DNA of 32,000 nt, taken from the NCBI RefSeq assembly GCF_006716425.1, contig NZ_VFOZ01000001.1, positions 7,241,237 through 7,273,236 of the forward strand. Reading direction: 5' to 3'. This document shows positions 17,304 to 27,156 of this stretch, one piece after another; position 1 is the first letter of the stretch; each line of letters starts with the position of its first letter. The DNA is from Actinoallomurus bryophytorum (lineage in GTDB: Bacteria > Actinomycetota > Actinomycetes > Streptosporangiales > Streptosporangiaceae). The notes beneath the pieces are model-generated. The model was not told the origin of the DNA and made no database searches. It worked only from the letters and a program-made list of their open reading frames with translations. The position numbers and the translations under genes are program-made.

Positions 17304-18581
17304 TCAGCTGTGCGCGGGGGTGGGGGAGCCGCTCGGGGCGGTCGGCGTGGTCGGCGTGGTGGTGGCCCCTCCGGTCGCGACGGTCGTCACGGGCTTCTTG
17401 AGGGCACCGCCCTTGACCCAGGTCTTCCAGGGCATCTGGTAGTAGCCCCAGCCGTTGTTCCACTCCAGCTTCCGCGTCGTCCCGGTGATGTTGATGACGT
17501 CGCCGCGCTGGCTGAGTTTGTAGAACCACAGGGCGCCGGCCACCGTCTGCCGGACACAGCCGTGGCTGCAGTTCCGGTTACCGAGGCAATCCCACTCGCC
17601 GGGGCTCCGGTGGAGGTACTCACCGCTGTTGCTGATCTGTACGTCGTTCAGCACCAGCTCGTGGTAGTAGCCCGGCTCGTTCTTCTTGATATTGGGCGAG
17701 GTCATCCAGACCTCGGGCATTTTGCCCATGGCGAGGTGGACGCCGCTGGTGGTGCGGAAGTCGTTGCCGTGCGAGTCGGCGCCGCCCATTCCGCCGCTGA
17801 CCGAAATGGTCTTGGCGAGCTTGCCGTCGACGTAGACCTTGCTCTTGTCGGTCTTGAGGCTGACCTTCGCGACGTGCGAGGCGCCGATCTTGAAGGTGCG
17901 GGTGAAGTCCTTGGTGCCGTATACCTTGGCGGCCGCGCGTACGCCGGACATGTGGGCCACCAGTGACACCGAGGTGTGCGCGGGCCAGTAGCTCTTGGTG
18001 CGGAAGATGACCTGCTGGGAGGTGATCCAGCGCCACGCGCCCTCGACCGGCTTGGTGGAGCGCACCTCCAGGGCCTTCTCGACGGCGCTCTTGTTGGCGA
18101 CCGGGCTGTCGAAGTTGATCGTGATCGGCATTCCGATGCCGACCGTCTCCCGCGCCGAGGGGATCACGTCGCTGACCTTGACGGACGACGGGGCCTTCAT
18201 CGTGGTGAACTTGCTCGTCGAGGTCGTGATCTTGCCGCCCGCGTTCTTCGCGGTCGCCGTCACCGTGTAGGTCGCGCCGGGCTTGAGCGTCCACTTGCTC
18301 GTCCAGCTCTTCTTGTCCGGCGAGAGCGTGCCCTCGACCTTGCGCCCGCCACCCTGCACGGTCACCTGGTCCAGCACACCGTTGGCGGCCGCGACCTGCA
18401 CACCCTTGTCCGGGCGTACCTTCTTGACGCCGTTCGCCGGAGTGATCGTCGCAGCGGCGTCGGGTGCCTTGGCGGCCGACTGGCTGGCCGCGCTGCCATC
18501 GGAGGAACAAGCCGCTATGGGCATGAGAAGCATCCCGGCCGCGACAGGAGCGACCCAACGAATCGATCGTGTGACATTCAT
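17304..18581 (-). CDS. L,D-transpeptidase lipoprotein (Ig-like domains plus YkuD catalytic domain)
   Basis: Signal/lipobox MLLMPIAAC, bacterial Ig-like repeats, the YkuD active-site block HRSPGEWDCLGNRNCSHGCVR and a Thr/Pro-rich tail. Start is ATG 18581 (MNVTRS). Confidence 0.85.
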   Translation of the reverse strand: MNVTRSIRWVAPVAAGMLLMPIAACSSDGSAASQSAAKAPDAAATITPANGVKKVRPDKGVQVAAANGVLDQVTVQGGGRKVEGTLSPDKKSWTSKWTLKPGATYTVTATAKNAGGKITTSTSKFTTMKAPSSVKVSDVIPSARETVGIGMPITINFDSPVANKSAVEKALEVRSTKPVEGAWRWITSQQVIFRTKSYWPAHTSVSLVAHMSGVRAAAKVYGTKDFTRTFKIGASHVAKVSLKTDKSKVYVDGKLAKTISVSGGMGGADSHGNDFRTTSGVHLAMGKMPEVWMTSPNIKKNEPGYYHELVLNDVQISNSGEYLHRSPGEWDCLGNRNCSHGCVRQTVAGALWFYKLSQRGDVINITGTTRKLEWNNGWGYYQMPWKTWVKGGALKKPVTTVATGGATTTPTTPTAPSGSPTPAHS

Positions 18582-18792
18582 CCTGCGCTGCACCCTGAGA
18601 TCCCAACTCTGCTGCGACCATGTCGGCTCACCTGGAGAACCTCCGAGCCGTACATGGGATCGACCCCGCACAATCCGGGCATCATACTATCGATCACTGA
18701 ATGCCGTGCTTAGGGTTTTCTGAGGACACGGAGGGCCATTTCAGCCTCATGTGATACCTCCGGCGATTACCCGCGGTGACGATTCGCGGCCG

Positions 18793-20448
18793 TCACTTTC
18801 CGTCGCGGAGTTGGGTGATGGTGCGCCACACCGAGATCTGTTCCGGATCGGTGCGGATCTCGATGACGGACGGGCGGTCCTGGGTCAGCGCCTCGCGCAG
18901 CGCCGCCGGGAATTCGGCGTCGGCGGTGACCCGCGCGCCGAAGGCGCCGAACGATCCGGCGAGCGCGACCAGATCGGGGTTGCCGAGATCGGTGCCGATG
19001 GTGCGGGCCGGGTATCGGCGTTCCTGGTGCATGCGGATCGTGCCGTACATGTTGTTGTTGAAGACGAGAGAGATGATCGGCAGCCGGAGGCGTACGGCGG
19101 TCTCCAGCTCCTGCACGGTCATCAGGAACCCTCCGTCACCGGACAGGGAGACGACGGTCCGGTCCGGATGGGCGAGCTTGGCGCCGATCGCCGCGGGCAG
19201 GCCGTACCCCATCGCGCCCGAGGCCGCGCCGACATACGTGTGCGGCTCGCGGAACGGGAAGAACGCGTGCAGCCAGCCCGAGAAGTTGCCGGCGTCGTTG
19301 GTGATCACGGCGTCGCCGGGCAGTGCCTCGCGCAGCATTCTGATGATCTGCCGGTTGTCGACCCGGTCGTCGTGCTGTCCGGGCGGCACGAAGGCGGCCC
19401 GCTCGCAGGCGGCGCGGCGCTCGCGTGCCCATGCCGACGGCTCGCGGCGCGGGGGCCCGGCAGCGAGCAGGGCGCCGAGCGCCTCGGTGAGGTCGGCGAC
19501 GATGCCGAGCTCCACCGGGTAGGCCTTGCCGACCATGGCAGGCTCGATGTCGACCTGCGCGATGCGCTGGGACGGCGCGATCGCGGTGTAGCGCTGCGAG
19601 GTGATCTCCCCGAGCCGGGTGCCGAGCGCGAGCAGGACGTCGGCCTCGCGCACGGTCGCCACGATCTCGGGATGCGCGCCGAGCTGCAGGTGGCCGACGT
19701 AGAGCGGATGGTCGTTCGGGAACACGTCGTGGCGCCGCCAGGCGGCGACCACCGGAACACCCCACCGCTCGGCGAACTCCAGGAGCCGTCCTTCGGCGCC
19801 GCTCAGGCGCACCCCCGCTCCCGCGATGACCAGCGGGCGCTCGGCGGAGGAGAGCAGGTCGTGGAAGGCCTCGACCTCGGAGTCCGACGGGCGCGGGCGG
19901 GGGACACGCACGGGCCGGGACGGTGTCTCGTCGACCTCACCGGCGAACACGTCCTCGGGCAGCGACAGCACGACGGGCCCGGGACGCCCGGTGACCGCGA
20001 GCCCCAGCGCACGTGACACCGCCTCGGGCACCCGCAGCGGGTCGGCCTCCTCAACGGCGTGCTTGGCCAGCGGGCGGAGGAAGTCGGCGAGCGCGGCCTC
20101 CTGGAACGCCTCGCGGCCGCGGTGCCGTGAGGTCACCTGGCCGACGAGGATGAGCAGCGGCGTGGAGTTCTCCCGCGCGGTGTGCACGCCGATCGCGAGG
20201 TTGGACGCGCCGACCGCCCGGCCGCCGAGGACGGCGCCGATGCCACCGCTCGCCGCGGCGTACGCCTCGGCCATGAACGCCGCGCCGCCCTCCTGGCGTG
20301 CCGCGACGAACTCCATGCCGGGCTCGTCGAGCAGCGCGTCCATGAACATCGTGAAGCTCTCGGACGGAACCCCGAACACGCGGCGCACGCCGTGCTCACG
20401 CAGACTGCCGGCGAGGTACGCGGCGACGGTCGTTCCCACAGGTCGCAT
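18793..20448 (-). CDS. Thiamine-pyrophosphate-dependent enzyme (acetolactate synthase large-subunit-like)
   Basis: The N-terminal TPP-Pyr domain (GVRRVFGVPSESF...ARQEGGAAFMAEAYA), middle domain and C-terminal GAMGYGLPAAIGA...SGDGGFLM...NN TPP motif are all present. Start is ATG 20448 or GTG 20439. Confidence 0.85.
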   Translation of the reverse strand: MRPVGTTVAAYLAGSLREHGVRRVFGVPSESFTMFMDALLDEPGMEFVAARQEGGAAFMAEAYAAASGGIGAVLGGRAVGASNLAIGVHTARENSTPLLILVGQVTSRHRGREAFQEAALADFLRPLAKHAVEEADPLRVPEAVSRALGLAVTGRPGPVVLSLPEDVFAGEVDETPSRPVRVPRPRPSDSEVEAFHDLLSSAERPLVIAGAGVRLSGAEGRLLEFAERWGVPVVAAWRRHDVFPNDHPLYVGHLQLGAHPEIVATVREADVLLALGTRLGEITSQRYTAIAPSQRIAQVDIEPAMVGKAYPVELGIVADLTEALGALLAAGPPRREPSAWARERRAACERAAFVPPGQHDDRVDNRQIIRMLREALPGDAVITNDAGNFSGWLHAFFPFREPHTYVGAASGAMGYGLPAAIGAKLAHPDRTVVSLSGDGGFLMTVQELETAVRLRLPIISLVFNNNMYGTIRMHQERRYPARTIGTDLGNPDLVALAGSFGAFGARVTADAEFPAALREALTQDRPSVIEIRTDPEQISVWRTITQLRDGK

Positions 20449-20721
20449 CTCCTCCCGGGCCGGTCGACTCCGCCGGCCCACCACTCCCATGACTATCAGC
20501 ACGGCCCGCGCCGCAGAACCCCCGCCGCCGGGTTGTGGACACCGCTTCCGACTCGATCCCGGCCATCTCATCCCTACCGAAATAGGGGATATGGCTGGCC
20601 AATAAGCTGACGTCCGCCGCACGGAAACCGGTGTCCATAGTCAGGGTGAAAGGCCCCTGATGCGTCGTCTGTACTTTTTGGCGATGGGTGGCGTCGCACG
20701 ATATGAGAGGGGCGTTGAAGG

Positions 20722-23700
20722 TTGGGTTCTCCGAAGCTCGTCGCAGCGGTGTCGCGGTCGGGAATTTTCGCTGCCGCGAAGGGTCTGTTCCGGAGCCCTG
20801 CCGTTCGGGTGGCCGCCCTCGCCTCTCGTGTGGGAAACCTGGTCGGCAGGGGTGCGCTTCGTACCGGTCTCAGCGGTCTGCGCAGATCACCGAGTTATCT
20901 GTCCCGGTCCATGACCAAGGACCCGATCGATGTTGCCAGTGGCGAGGTGGTGCTGCGCCAGGTCGACGTGGAGCTGGCCGGCGTTCTGCCGTTGTCGCTG
21001 GAGCGTACGCACGTGTCGTCCTATCGTGCCGGTCGCCTGTTCGGCACCTCGTGGGCGTCGACCCTGGATCAACGGCTGGAGTTCGACGCGGAGGGCGTGT
21101 GTTTCGCCGCGGCGGACGGAATGGTGCTCGCCTATCCGCCGGTGCGTCTGCCGGAGACCCCTGTCCTGCCGTTCGCGGGCCCGCAGTGGGCACTCGCGGT
21201 CGACCAGGACGGTGGCCATTCCGTCACGGACTCACAGGCCGGCCGCACGCTGCATTTCGCTTCCGCGGGCGGCGGGCCGGGCGTCCTGCCTCTTTCGGCG
21301 ATCAGCGACCGCAACGGTAACCGGATCGACCTTCTTCATGACGACAGTGGGACCCTCGTCGAGGTCCGGCATTCGGGCGGGTATCGAATCGGTGTCGAGA
21401 CCGATGCGACCCAGCGTGTGACGGCTTTGCGGCTGATCTCCGACGGCGAGGGCGGCGGGCGGGAACTGGTCCGTTACCGCTATGACGACAACGGGCGGCT
21501 GGCCGGGGTGCTGAACTCATCGGGCAGGCCGCTGCGATTCGAGTACGACCCGCACGACCGGCTGACCGCCTGGATCGACCGCAACGGCCATTGGTACCGG
21601 TACGAGTACGACGAGCTGGGCCGCGGTGTCCGCGGTCACGGGTCGGATGGCTTCTTGGACGTGGCTCTCGCCTTCGAGGACGGGCTCACCGTCGTGACCG
21701 ACGCGCTCGGGCACCGGACGGACTATCACCTGAACGAGATGGGCCAGGTGGTCCGCCAGGTCGACCCCCTGGGACGTGCGACGACCTCGGAGTGGGATCG
21801 CCACGACCGGCTGCTGTCCCGCACCGATCCGCTCGGGCGTAAGACGCGGTATTCCTATGACGAGGCGGGCGACGTCACCGCCATCACGAGGCCCGACGGC
21901 CGGCAGATCACGGCCGCGTACAACGCGCTCGGCCGGCCGGTCCGGACGGCCGACGCCGCCGGCCGGGTCTGGCGGCAGGCCTATGACGACCGCGGCAATG
22001 TCATCGCGGTGACCGATCCGGCCGGAGTCACCGTGCGGTACGAGTACGACGAGCGGGGTGCTCTGTCAGCGATCGTCGACCCGCTCGGGGCGGTGACCCG
22101 GTTCGTCAACGACGGCGCGGGCCTGCCGGTCACCGTCGTGGATCCGCTGGAGGGCGTCCACGGCTGCGTCCGCGACCGGTTCGGCCGTATATCGGAGATC
22201 GTGGATCCGCTTGGCGGGATCACTCGCATCGGCTGGACGCTGGAGGGCAGACCTGCCTCACAGGTGCTGCCGGATGGGGCCACCGAACGCTGGTCATACG
22301 ACGCCGAGGGAAACCTCGTCGAATACACCGACACCATGGGCCTGGTCAGCAGGACGGAATACGCGGCTTTCGATGTGCCCGCCGTCCGGATCGCGCCGGA
22401 CGGCACACGGCTGGAGTTCGCCTATGACGCCGAGCTGCGGTTGACGGCGGTCACCAATCCGCAGGAACTCGTGTGGCGCTATACCTATGACGCGGCGGGT
22501 GACCTGGTCCAGGAGACGGACTTCAACGGCCGGGCCATCCGCTATGCCTACGATGCGGCGGGACAACTCGCGGAGCGTGCTGTCGGCGCCGGTCAAACGA
22601 CCCGTTACTCGCACGACCTGCTCGGGAACGTCGTCAGGCAGGTTTCCGGTGACGGCCTCGCGACCTTCGCCTTCGACGTCACGGGCCGCCTGGTCCGAGC
22701 GGTGAACGCGGACGCCGACGTGCGGTTCGACTACGACGAGCTCGGCAGGGTGGTGGCCGAGGAGTGCAACGGCCGCAGGCTCACCGTCGGTTATGACGCC
22801 CTGGGGCGCCGCGTACGGCGCCGAACCCCCTCCGGCGCCGAGGCCGATTGGGACTATGACATCGCAGGGCGTCCGGCCGTACTCCACACCGCGGGCCAGA
22901 CGATTCGGTTCGAACACGACCTGGCCGGCCGGCAGGTCCGCCGTCATGTCGGGGACGCCGCGACCCTGGACCAGGAGTGGGACCTGCGTGACCGGCTGAG
23001 CCGCCAGACGTTGCGGGGCGTCCCCTCGGCCACCGGCGATCCTGCGTACGCGCCGCACCGCGCCGACTCCGCCGAGCCGGGGAGCCCGCTTCAGCGGCGC
23101 GCGTACTCCTACCGGCCCGACGGCGGTGTCGCCCGGATCATCGACCAGAGCCTGGGAGACCGAACCGTCGAGCTCGACGCGGCCGGGAGGGTGACCGGAG
23201 TCCATGCGGCGGGCTGGGACGAACGCTACGTCTATGACCCGGCGGGGAATCCGGTCCACGCCACCTGGCCGGAGACCGCGACCGGCGGGTCCTGGGACGC
23301 CGGCGCCGCCGGCGGGCGCGACTACACGGGGACCCTGGTCCGCTCGGCGGGCGATGTCCGCTACGAGTACGACGGCCGAGGCCGTGTCGTAGTCCGGCAG
23401 CAGAGACGTCTCTCGTCCAAGCCCAGGACCTGGCGATACGCCTGGAATGACGACGATCGCCTCGTCGCCGTCACCACCCCCGGCGGACAGCGGTGGCGCT
23501 ATCTGTACGACGCTCTGGGACGCCGCGTCGCCAAACAACGGCTACGGCCGGACGGTCACTCCGTCGCCGAACAGACCGACTTCACCTGGGATGACGTCGT
23601 ACTGGCAGAGCAGACGCATTCCGTCATGGAGGACGCCGGCGCCGTGACGCGCACGACCGCGTGGGACTACGAGCCCGGCGGCTTCCGGCCGATCGCCCAG

Positions 23701-24462
23701 ACCGAACGCGTCCTGAGCGGCGAGAGCCCCCAGGACGCGATCGACGAGAGGTTCTACGGCATCGTCACCGACCTGACCGGATCTCCCTCCGAGATGGTCG
23801 ACTCAACCGGCGACCTGGTCTGGCAGAGCGTCTCCAGCGCATGGGGGATCGGGGCGCCGCGAGGATCGGCGGCCTGCCCGCTGAGGTTCCCCGGCCAGTA
23901 CCACGACGCCGAAACCGGGCTTCACTACAACTTCCAGCGCTTCTACGACCCTTACACCGCGCGATACCAGAGCCCGGACCCGCTCGGCCTGTCGCCACAG
24001 CCTGACCCTCACGCCTACGTCCATGACCCGATGAACTGGGCCGACCCGCTCGGCCTGGCGCCATATGCTCTGTTCGTCAGCAGAATGGCCTTTGTGCTCC
24101 GTCACCTGAACGAGCCATCCCGGCTCAAAGCCATCAAGCTGGCCGTGCATGACAACCGCGAGATGTTCAACAGGCTCGGTGGAAAGGCCCCCCAGTCCAA
24201 CGCGACCATCCGTGACCTGCTGAAGCTCAAGGAGGGGAACCCTTCTTGGAAAGCGAGAGCGGCGAGCGCGAGTAGCCGATCGGACGCCGAACTGTTGCAG
24301 TCGGTCTTCCAGCCCATGGACGGTCAGTACATGGCTGTTCATCCCCTCTATCCGGGCATGATATTGCAAGGCAACCACAGGCGCAGGGAACTCCTCAACC
24401 GCGTAGATGATTTGAATTCAGGCATCTCACTGGAGACGCCCATCTTCATCAACAACTTCTAG
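20722..24462 (+). CDS. RHS/YD-repeat polymorphic toxin with a variable C-terminal module
   Basis: 1246 aa. An N-terminal DPIDVASGEVVL...LERTHVSSY block (DUF6531-like) is followed by about 20 YD repeats (YRYDDNGRL, YEYDELGR, YSYDEAGDV, YTYDAAGDL ...). The RHS core ends FPGQYHDAETGLHYNFQRFYDPYTARYQSPDPLGL...DPMNWADPLGL (24025-24057), followed by a 134-aa tail. The start is uncertain (TTG 20722 or ATG 20911). Confidence 0.9.
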   Translation: MGSPKLVAAVSRSGIFAAAKGLFRSPAVRVAALASRVGNLVGRGALRTGLSGLRRSPSYLSRSMTKDPIDVASGEVVLRQVDVELAGVLPLSLERTHVSSYRAGRLFGTSWASTLDQRLEFDAEGVCFAAADGMVLAYPPVRLPETPVLPFAGPQWALAVDQDGGHSVTDSQAGRTLHFASAGGGPGVLPLSAISDRNGNRIDLLHDDSGTLVEVRHSGGYRIGVETDATQRVTALRLISDGEGGGRELVRYRYDDNGRLAGVLNSSGRPLRFEYDPHDRLTAWIDRNGHWYRYEYDELGRGVRGHGSDGFLDVALAFEDGLTVVTDALGHRTDYHLNEMGQVVRQVDPLGRATTSEWDRHDRLLSRTDPLGRKTRYSYDEAGDVTAITRPDGRQITAAYNALGRPVRTADAAGRVWRQAYDDRGNVIAVTDPAGVTVRYEYDERGALSAIVDPLGAVTRFVNDGAGLPVTVVDPLEGVHGCVRDRFGRISEIVDPLGGITRIGWTLEGRPASQVLPDGATERWSYDAEGNLVEYTDTMGLVSRTEYAAFDVPAVRIAPDGTRLEFAYDAELRLTAVTNPQELVWRYTYDAAGDLVQETDFNGRAIRYAYDAAGQLAERAVGAGQTTRYSHDLLGNVVRQVSGDGLATFAFDVTGRLVRAVNADADVRFDYDELGRVVAEECNGRRLTVGYDALGRRVRRRTPSGAEADWDYDIAGRPAVLHTAGQTIRFEHDLAGRQVRRHVGDAATLDQEWDLRDRLSRQTLRGVPSATGDPAYAPHRADSAEPGSPLQRRAYSYRPDGGVARIIDQSLGDRTVELDAAGRVTGVHAAGWDERYVYDPAGNPVHATWPETATGGSWDAGAAGGRDYTGTLVRSAGDVRYEYDGRGRVVVRQQRRLSSKPRTWRYAWNDDDRLVAVTTPGGQRWRYLYDALGRRVAKQRLRPDGHSVAEQTDFTWDDVVLAEQTHSVMEDAGAVTRTTAWDYEPGGFRPIAQTERVLSGESPQDAIDERFYGIVTDLTGSPSEMVDSTGDLVWQSVSSAWGIGAPRGSAACPLRFPGQYHDAETGLHYNFQRFYDPYTARYQSPDPLGLSPQPDPHAYVHDPMNWADPLGLAPYALFVSRMAFVLRHLNEPSRLKAIKLAVHDNREMFNRLGGKAPQSNATIRDLLKLKEGNPSWKARAASASSRSDAELLQSVFQPMDGQYMAVHPLYPGMILQGNHRRRELLNRVDDLNSGISLETPIFINNF

Positions 24463-24471
24463 GATCTTTGA

Positions 24472-24885
24472 ATGCGATTCACCAAGGGCGATCGTCACGG
24501 CAGAAGCTGGCCGACCGTCGATCTCTACACGACAGCGGGACGAGGAGACATCAAGACGATGTCTCCTCCCGCCCTCGAACGCCTTATGACGGTGGCACGC
24601 GAAAAGGAGTGGAGCGCCGTCGGCCGCCCGGCATGGTGGGGCGCGCACAAAGACCGCGTCCGATCCCTGTGGATGGTCGTCTTCGGCCCGGAAGGGACCA
24701 CGCTGCTTCGGTGCATCGTGATCGCCGCTCTCGACGACGGCTCCGGGGGGAGTTTCACCCTCGACGTTCACCCCGCCGACTTCGACCGCCTGCCGGACGC
24801 GACACCGGAAGAACTGACCATGCTGGCCCACGCGTATCTCGCGCGGTTCCCGCCGCTCGAACTCGATCTCGACCAGCGGGAATGA
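24472..24885 (+). CDS. Candidate cognate immunity protein of the RHS C-terminal toxin
   Basis: 137-aa ORF beginning 9 nt after the RHS stop, on the same strand, with its 5' part in the same lower-GC patch. I recognised no family. The call rests on the canonical toxin-immunity gene order. Confidence 0.55.
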   Translation: MRFTKGDRHGRSWPTVDLYTTAGRGDIKTMSPPALERLMTVAREKEWSAVGRPAWWGAHKDRVRSLWMVVFGPEGTTLLRCIVIAALDDGSGGSFTLDVHPADFDRLPDATPEELTMLAHAYLARFPPLELDLDQRE

Positions 24886-24897
24886 GGGAGCGGGACG

Positions 24898-25188
24898 TTA
24901 CACGCCGGGCGGCTCGCGGAAGGTGGTCAGCTCCAGGTCGATGAAGGCGGCGATCATCGCCCGGTACGTACGCTCGGTCACGTCCGGTGAGGCACCGGCC
25001 TCCGTGGCCAGGGCGCGCGCCTTGGCCACGACCTGCTCCACGCGGCCGGGAGCCCGTACGGCATCGGTGTCGGCCTTCAGCCGCCCGGCCCTGCGCACGA
25101 GGCCCTCGCGTTCGGCGAGCAGGGTCACGAGCCGCCGGTCGAGGCGGTCGATCTCGGCACGGATCTCGTCGAGGGGATTGTCGCTCAT
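24898..25188 (-). CDS. Chorismate mutase (AroQ class)
   Basis: 96 aa. LDEIRAEIDRLDRRLVTLLAEREGLVRRAGRLK...R..QV is the classic CM type 2 helix pattern. AGAGGA lies before ATG 25188. Confidence 0.85.
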   Translation of the reverse strand: MSDNPLDEIRAEIDRLDRRLVTLLAEREGLVRRAGRLKADTDAVRAPGRVEQVVAKARALATEAGASPDVTERTYRAMIAAFIDLELTTFREPPGV

Positions 25189-25349
25189 GAGTCGTCCTCT
25201 GGTCGGCTCCCGGGCTCACGGCCCGGCACGACCAGCCCAGACCGGCTACGGGAGCGGCGGTCTGGAAGCGTGAAACGACAGTCCGCCTAAGGGCGGCGCC
25301 ACCATGATGCGGAGCGAGTCGTCACCCGCAGAACGTACCAGCCGGCGGC

Positions 25350-27062
25350 TCAGTGCGACTCGCGCCGTACCTCGCTCCCGCTGGAGCCCGTCAGGAAGTC
25401 CAGGTCGGCACCCTTGTCGGCCTGCAGCACGTGGTCGATGTAGAGGCGTTCCCAGCCACGGACCGGAGCGGCGTGGGCGGCGCCGGACGCGGGCTCGCGT
25501 GCCTCCAGCTCGCCCTCGGGCAGGTCGACGTCCAGGCGCCGCGCCGCCACGTCCAGGACGATCATGTCCCCGGTCCGTACCTTCCCGAGCGGGCCGCCGG
25601 CGGCCGACTCCGGGGCCGTGTGCAGGACGACCGTGCCGTACGCGGTGCCGCTCATGCGGGCGTCGCTGATCCGCACCATGTCGCGGACGCCCCTGGCGAG
25701 CAGCTTCGCCGGCAGCGGCATGTTGCCCACCTCCGGCATCCCCGGGTATCCCTTCGGCCCGCAGCCGCGGAGCACCAGCACGCTGTCCTCGTCGACGTCC
25801 AGGTCCGGGTCGTCCAGGGCCGCTCGCATGTCCTCGATGCTGTCGAAGACCACGGCGCGGCCGCGGTGGCGCAACAGCGACGGTGACGCGGCGGCGGGCT
25901 TGACGACCGCGCCGTCGGGGCAGAGGTTGCCGCGCAGGACGGCGATGCCCGCCTCCTCCTGCAGGGGCGAGGTACGGCGGCGGATGACGGTCTCGTCGTG
26001 GATCTCGGCCTCGGCCAGGCCCTCGCCGATGGGCCGCCCGGTCACCATCAGGGCCGAGCCGTCGAGCAGGTCGGCCACCTCGGCCAGCACCGCACGCAGG
26101 CCGCCGGCCCGGTGGAAGTCCTCCATCAGGTGCGCCCCGGCCGGTTGCAGGTCGACGAGCAGCGGCACCTTCGCGCCGGCGTGGTCGAAGTCGTCCAGGG
26201 TCAGCGGGATGCCCGCGCGCCCGGCGATCGCCAGCAGGTGGACGACCGCGTTGGTGGAGCCGCCGATCGCGGCCAGCGCCACGATCGCGTTCAGGAACGA
26301 GCCGCGCGACAGGACCGTGCTCGGACGCCGGTCCTCCGCGACCATCTCCATGATCGCGGTTCCGGCCTCGTGGGCGCGTTCGAGCAGGCGGCTGTCCGGC
26401 GCCGGGATGCCGGCCACGCCGGGCAGCGTCATGCCCAGCGCCTCGGCGACGCAGGCCATCGTCGAGGCGGTGCCCATCGTGTTGCAGTGGCCGCGGCTGC
26501 GGATCATCGAGGACTCGGCCTCCAGGAACCGGTCCTGCGACAGCGTGCCCGCGCGCACCTCCTCGCTGAGCCGCCACACGTCGGTGCCGCACCCCAGCGG
26601 CGTGCCGCGGAAGTGACCGGTCAGCATCGGGCCGCCCGGCACGACGAGCGCCGGCAGGTCGACCGAGGCGGCGGCCATCAGCAGCGCGGGGATCGTCTTG
26701 TCGCAGCCGCCGAGCAGCACCACGCCGTCCACCGGGTTGGCGCGGATCATCTCCTCGGCCGCCATCGCCGCCAGGTTGCGGAACAGCATCGCCGTCGGGC
26801 GCAGCTGCGTCTCGCCCAGCGAGGGCACCGGCAGCTCCAGCGGGATGCCGCCGGCCGCCCAGACGCCGGCCTTGACGCTCGCGGCGACCTCGCCGAGGTG
26901 GCTGTTGCAGGGCGACAGGTCCGAGGCGGTGTTGGCGATCGCGATGTGGGGCCGCCCGTCGAAGGCGTCCGAGGGGAGACCGCGCCGCATCCAGGCCCGG
27001 TGGATGAAGGCGTTCCGATCGGTGCCCGAATACCAGTCCTGACTGCGGGGTGTACCGGCCAT
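25350..27062 (-). CDS. IlvD/Edd family dehydratase
   Basis: Family blocks are present: CDKTIPALLMAA, PGGPMLTG, RSRGHCNTMGTASTM, GGSTNAVVHLLAIA, GPKGYPGMPE and RMSGTAYG. ATG 27062 follows GAGGAGG. Substrate specificity (dihydroxy-acid versus sugar-acid) cannot be called from sequence alone. Confidence 0.9.
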   Translation of the reverse strand: MAGTPRSQDWYSGTDRNAFIHRAWMRRGLPSDAFDGRPHIAIANTASDLSPCNSHLGEVAASVKAGVWAAGGIPLELPVPSLGETQLRPTAMLFRNLAAMAAEEMIRANPVDGVVLLGGCDKTIPALLMAAASVDLPALVVPGGPMLTGHFRGTPLGCGTDVWRLSEEVRAGTLSQDRFLEAESSMIRSRGHCNTMGTASTMACVAEALGMTLPGVAGIPAPDSRLLERAHEAGTAIMEMVAEDRRPSTVLSRGSFLNAIVALAAIGGSTNAVVHLLAIAGRAGIPLTLDDFDHAGAKVPLLVDLQPAGAHLMEDFHRAGGLRAVLAEVADLLDGSALMVTGRPIGEGLAEAEIHDETVIRRRTSPLQEEAGIAVLRGNLCPDGAVVKPAAASPSLLRHRGRAVVFDSIEDMRAALDDPDLDVDEDSVLVLRGCGPKGYPGMPEVGNMPLPAKLLARGVRDMVRISDARMSGTAYGTVVLHTAPESAAGGPLGKVRTGDMIVLDVAARRLDVDLPEGELEAREPASGAAHAAPVRGWERLYIDHVLQADKGADLDFLTGSSGSEVRRESH

Positions 27063-27156
27063 GAGCCTGCCTCCTCGATCGCTGCGCCTTCTCCGCCCAT
27101 ACTGCGACCTGCGGCGCCACATTGCGACCGGGCGGTGATCAGGAGAGTGTGGGCCC

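Noticed and set aside
16704-20016. Plus-strand ORFs 16704-17966 (420 aa), 17976-18713 and 18751-20016 (421 aa)
   Set aside because: They are antisense to the MBL hydrolase, L,D-transpeptidase and TPP-enzyme genes, each of which has diagnostic motifs on the minus strand.
22294-23538. 414-aa minus-strand ORF inside the RHS gene
   Set aside because: It is antisense to the unambiguous YD-repeat frame and has no motifs. This is a shadow ORF.
25246-27120. 624-aa minus-strand ORF, and 25998-27272 / 25564-26616 plus-strand ORFs
   Set aside because: These are alternative frames over the IlvD/Edd dehydratase gene. Only the 25350-27062 frame gives the conserved dehydratase blocks. The others are Arg/Gly/Pro-rich shadow ORFs.
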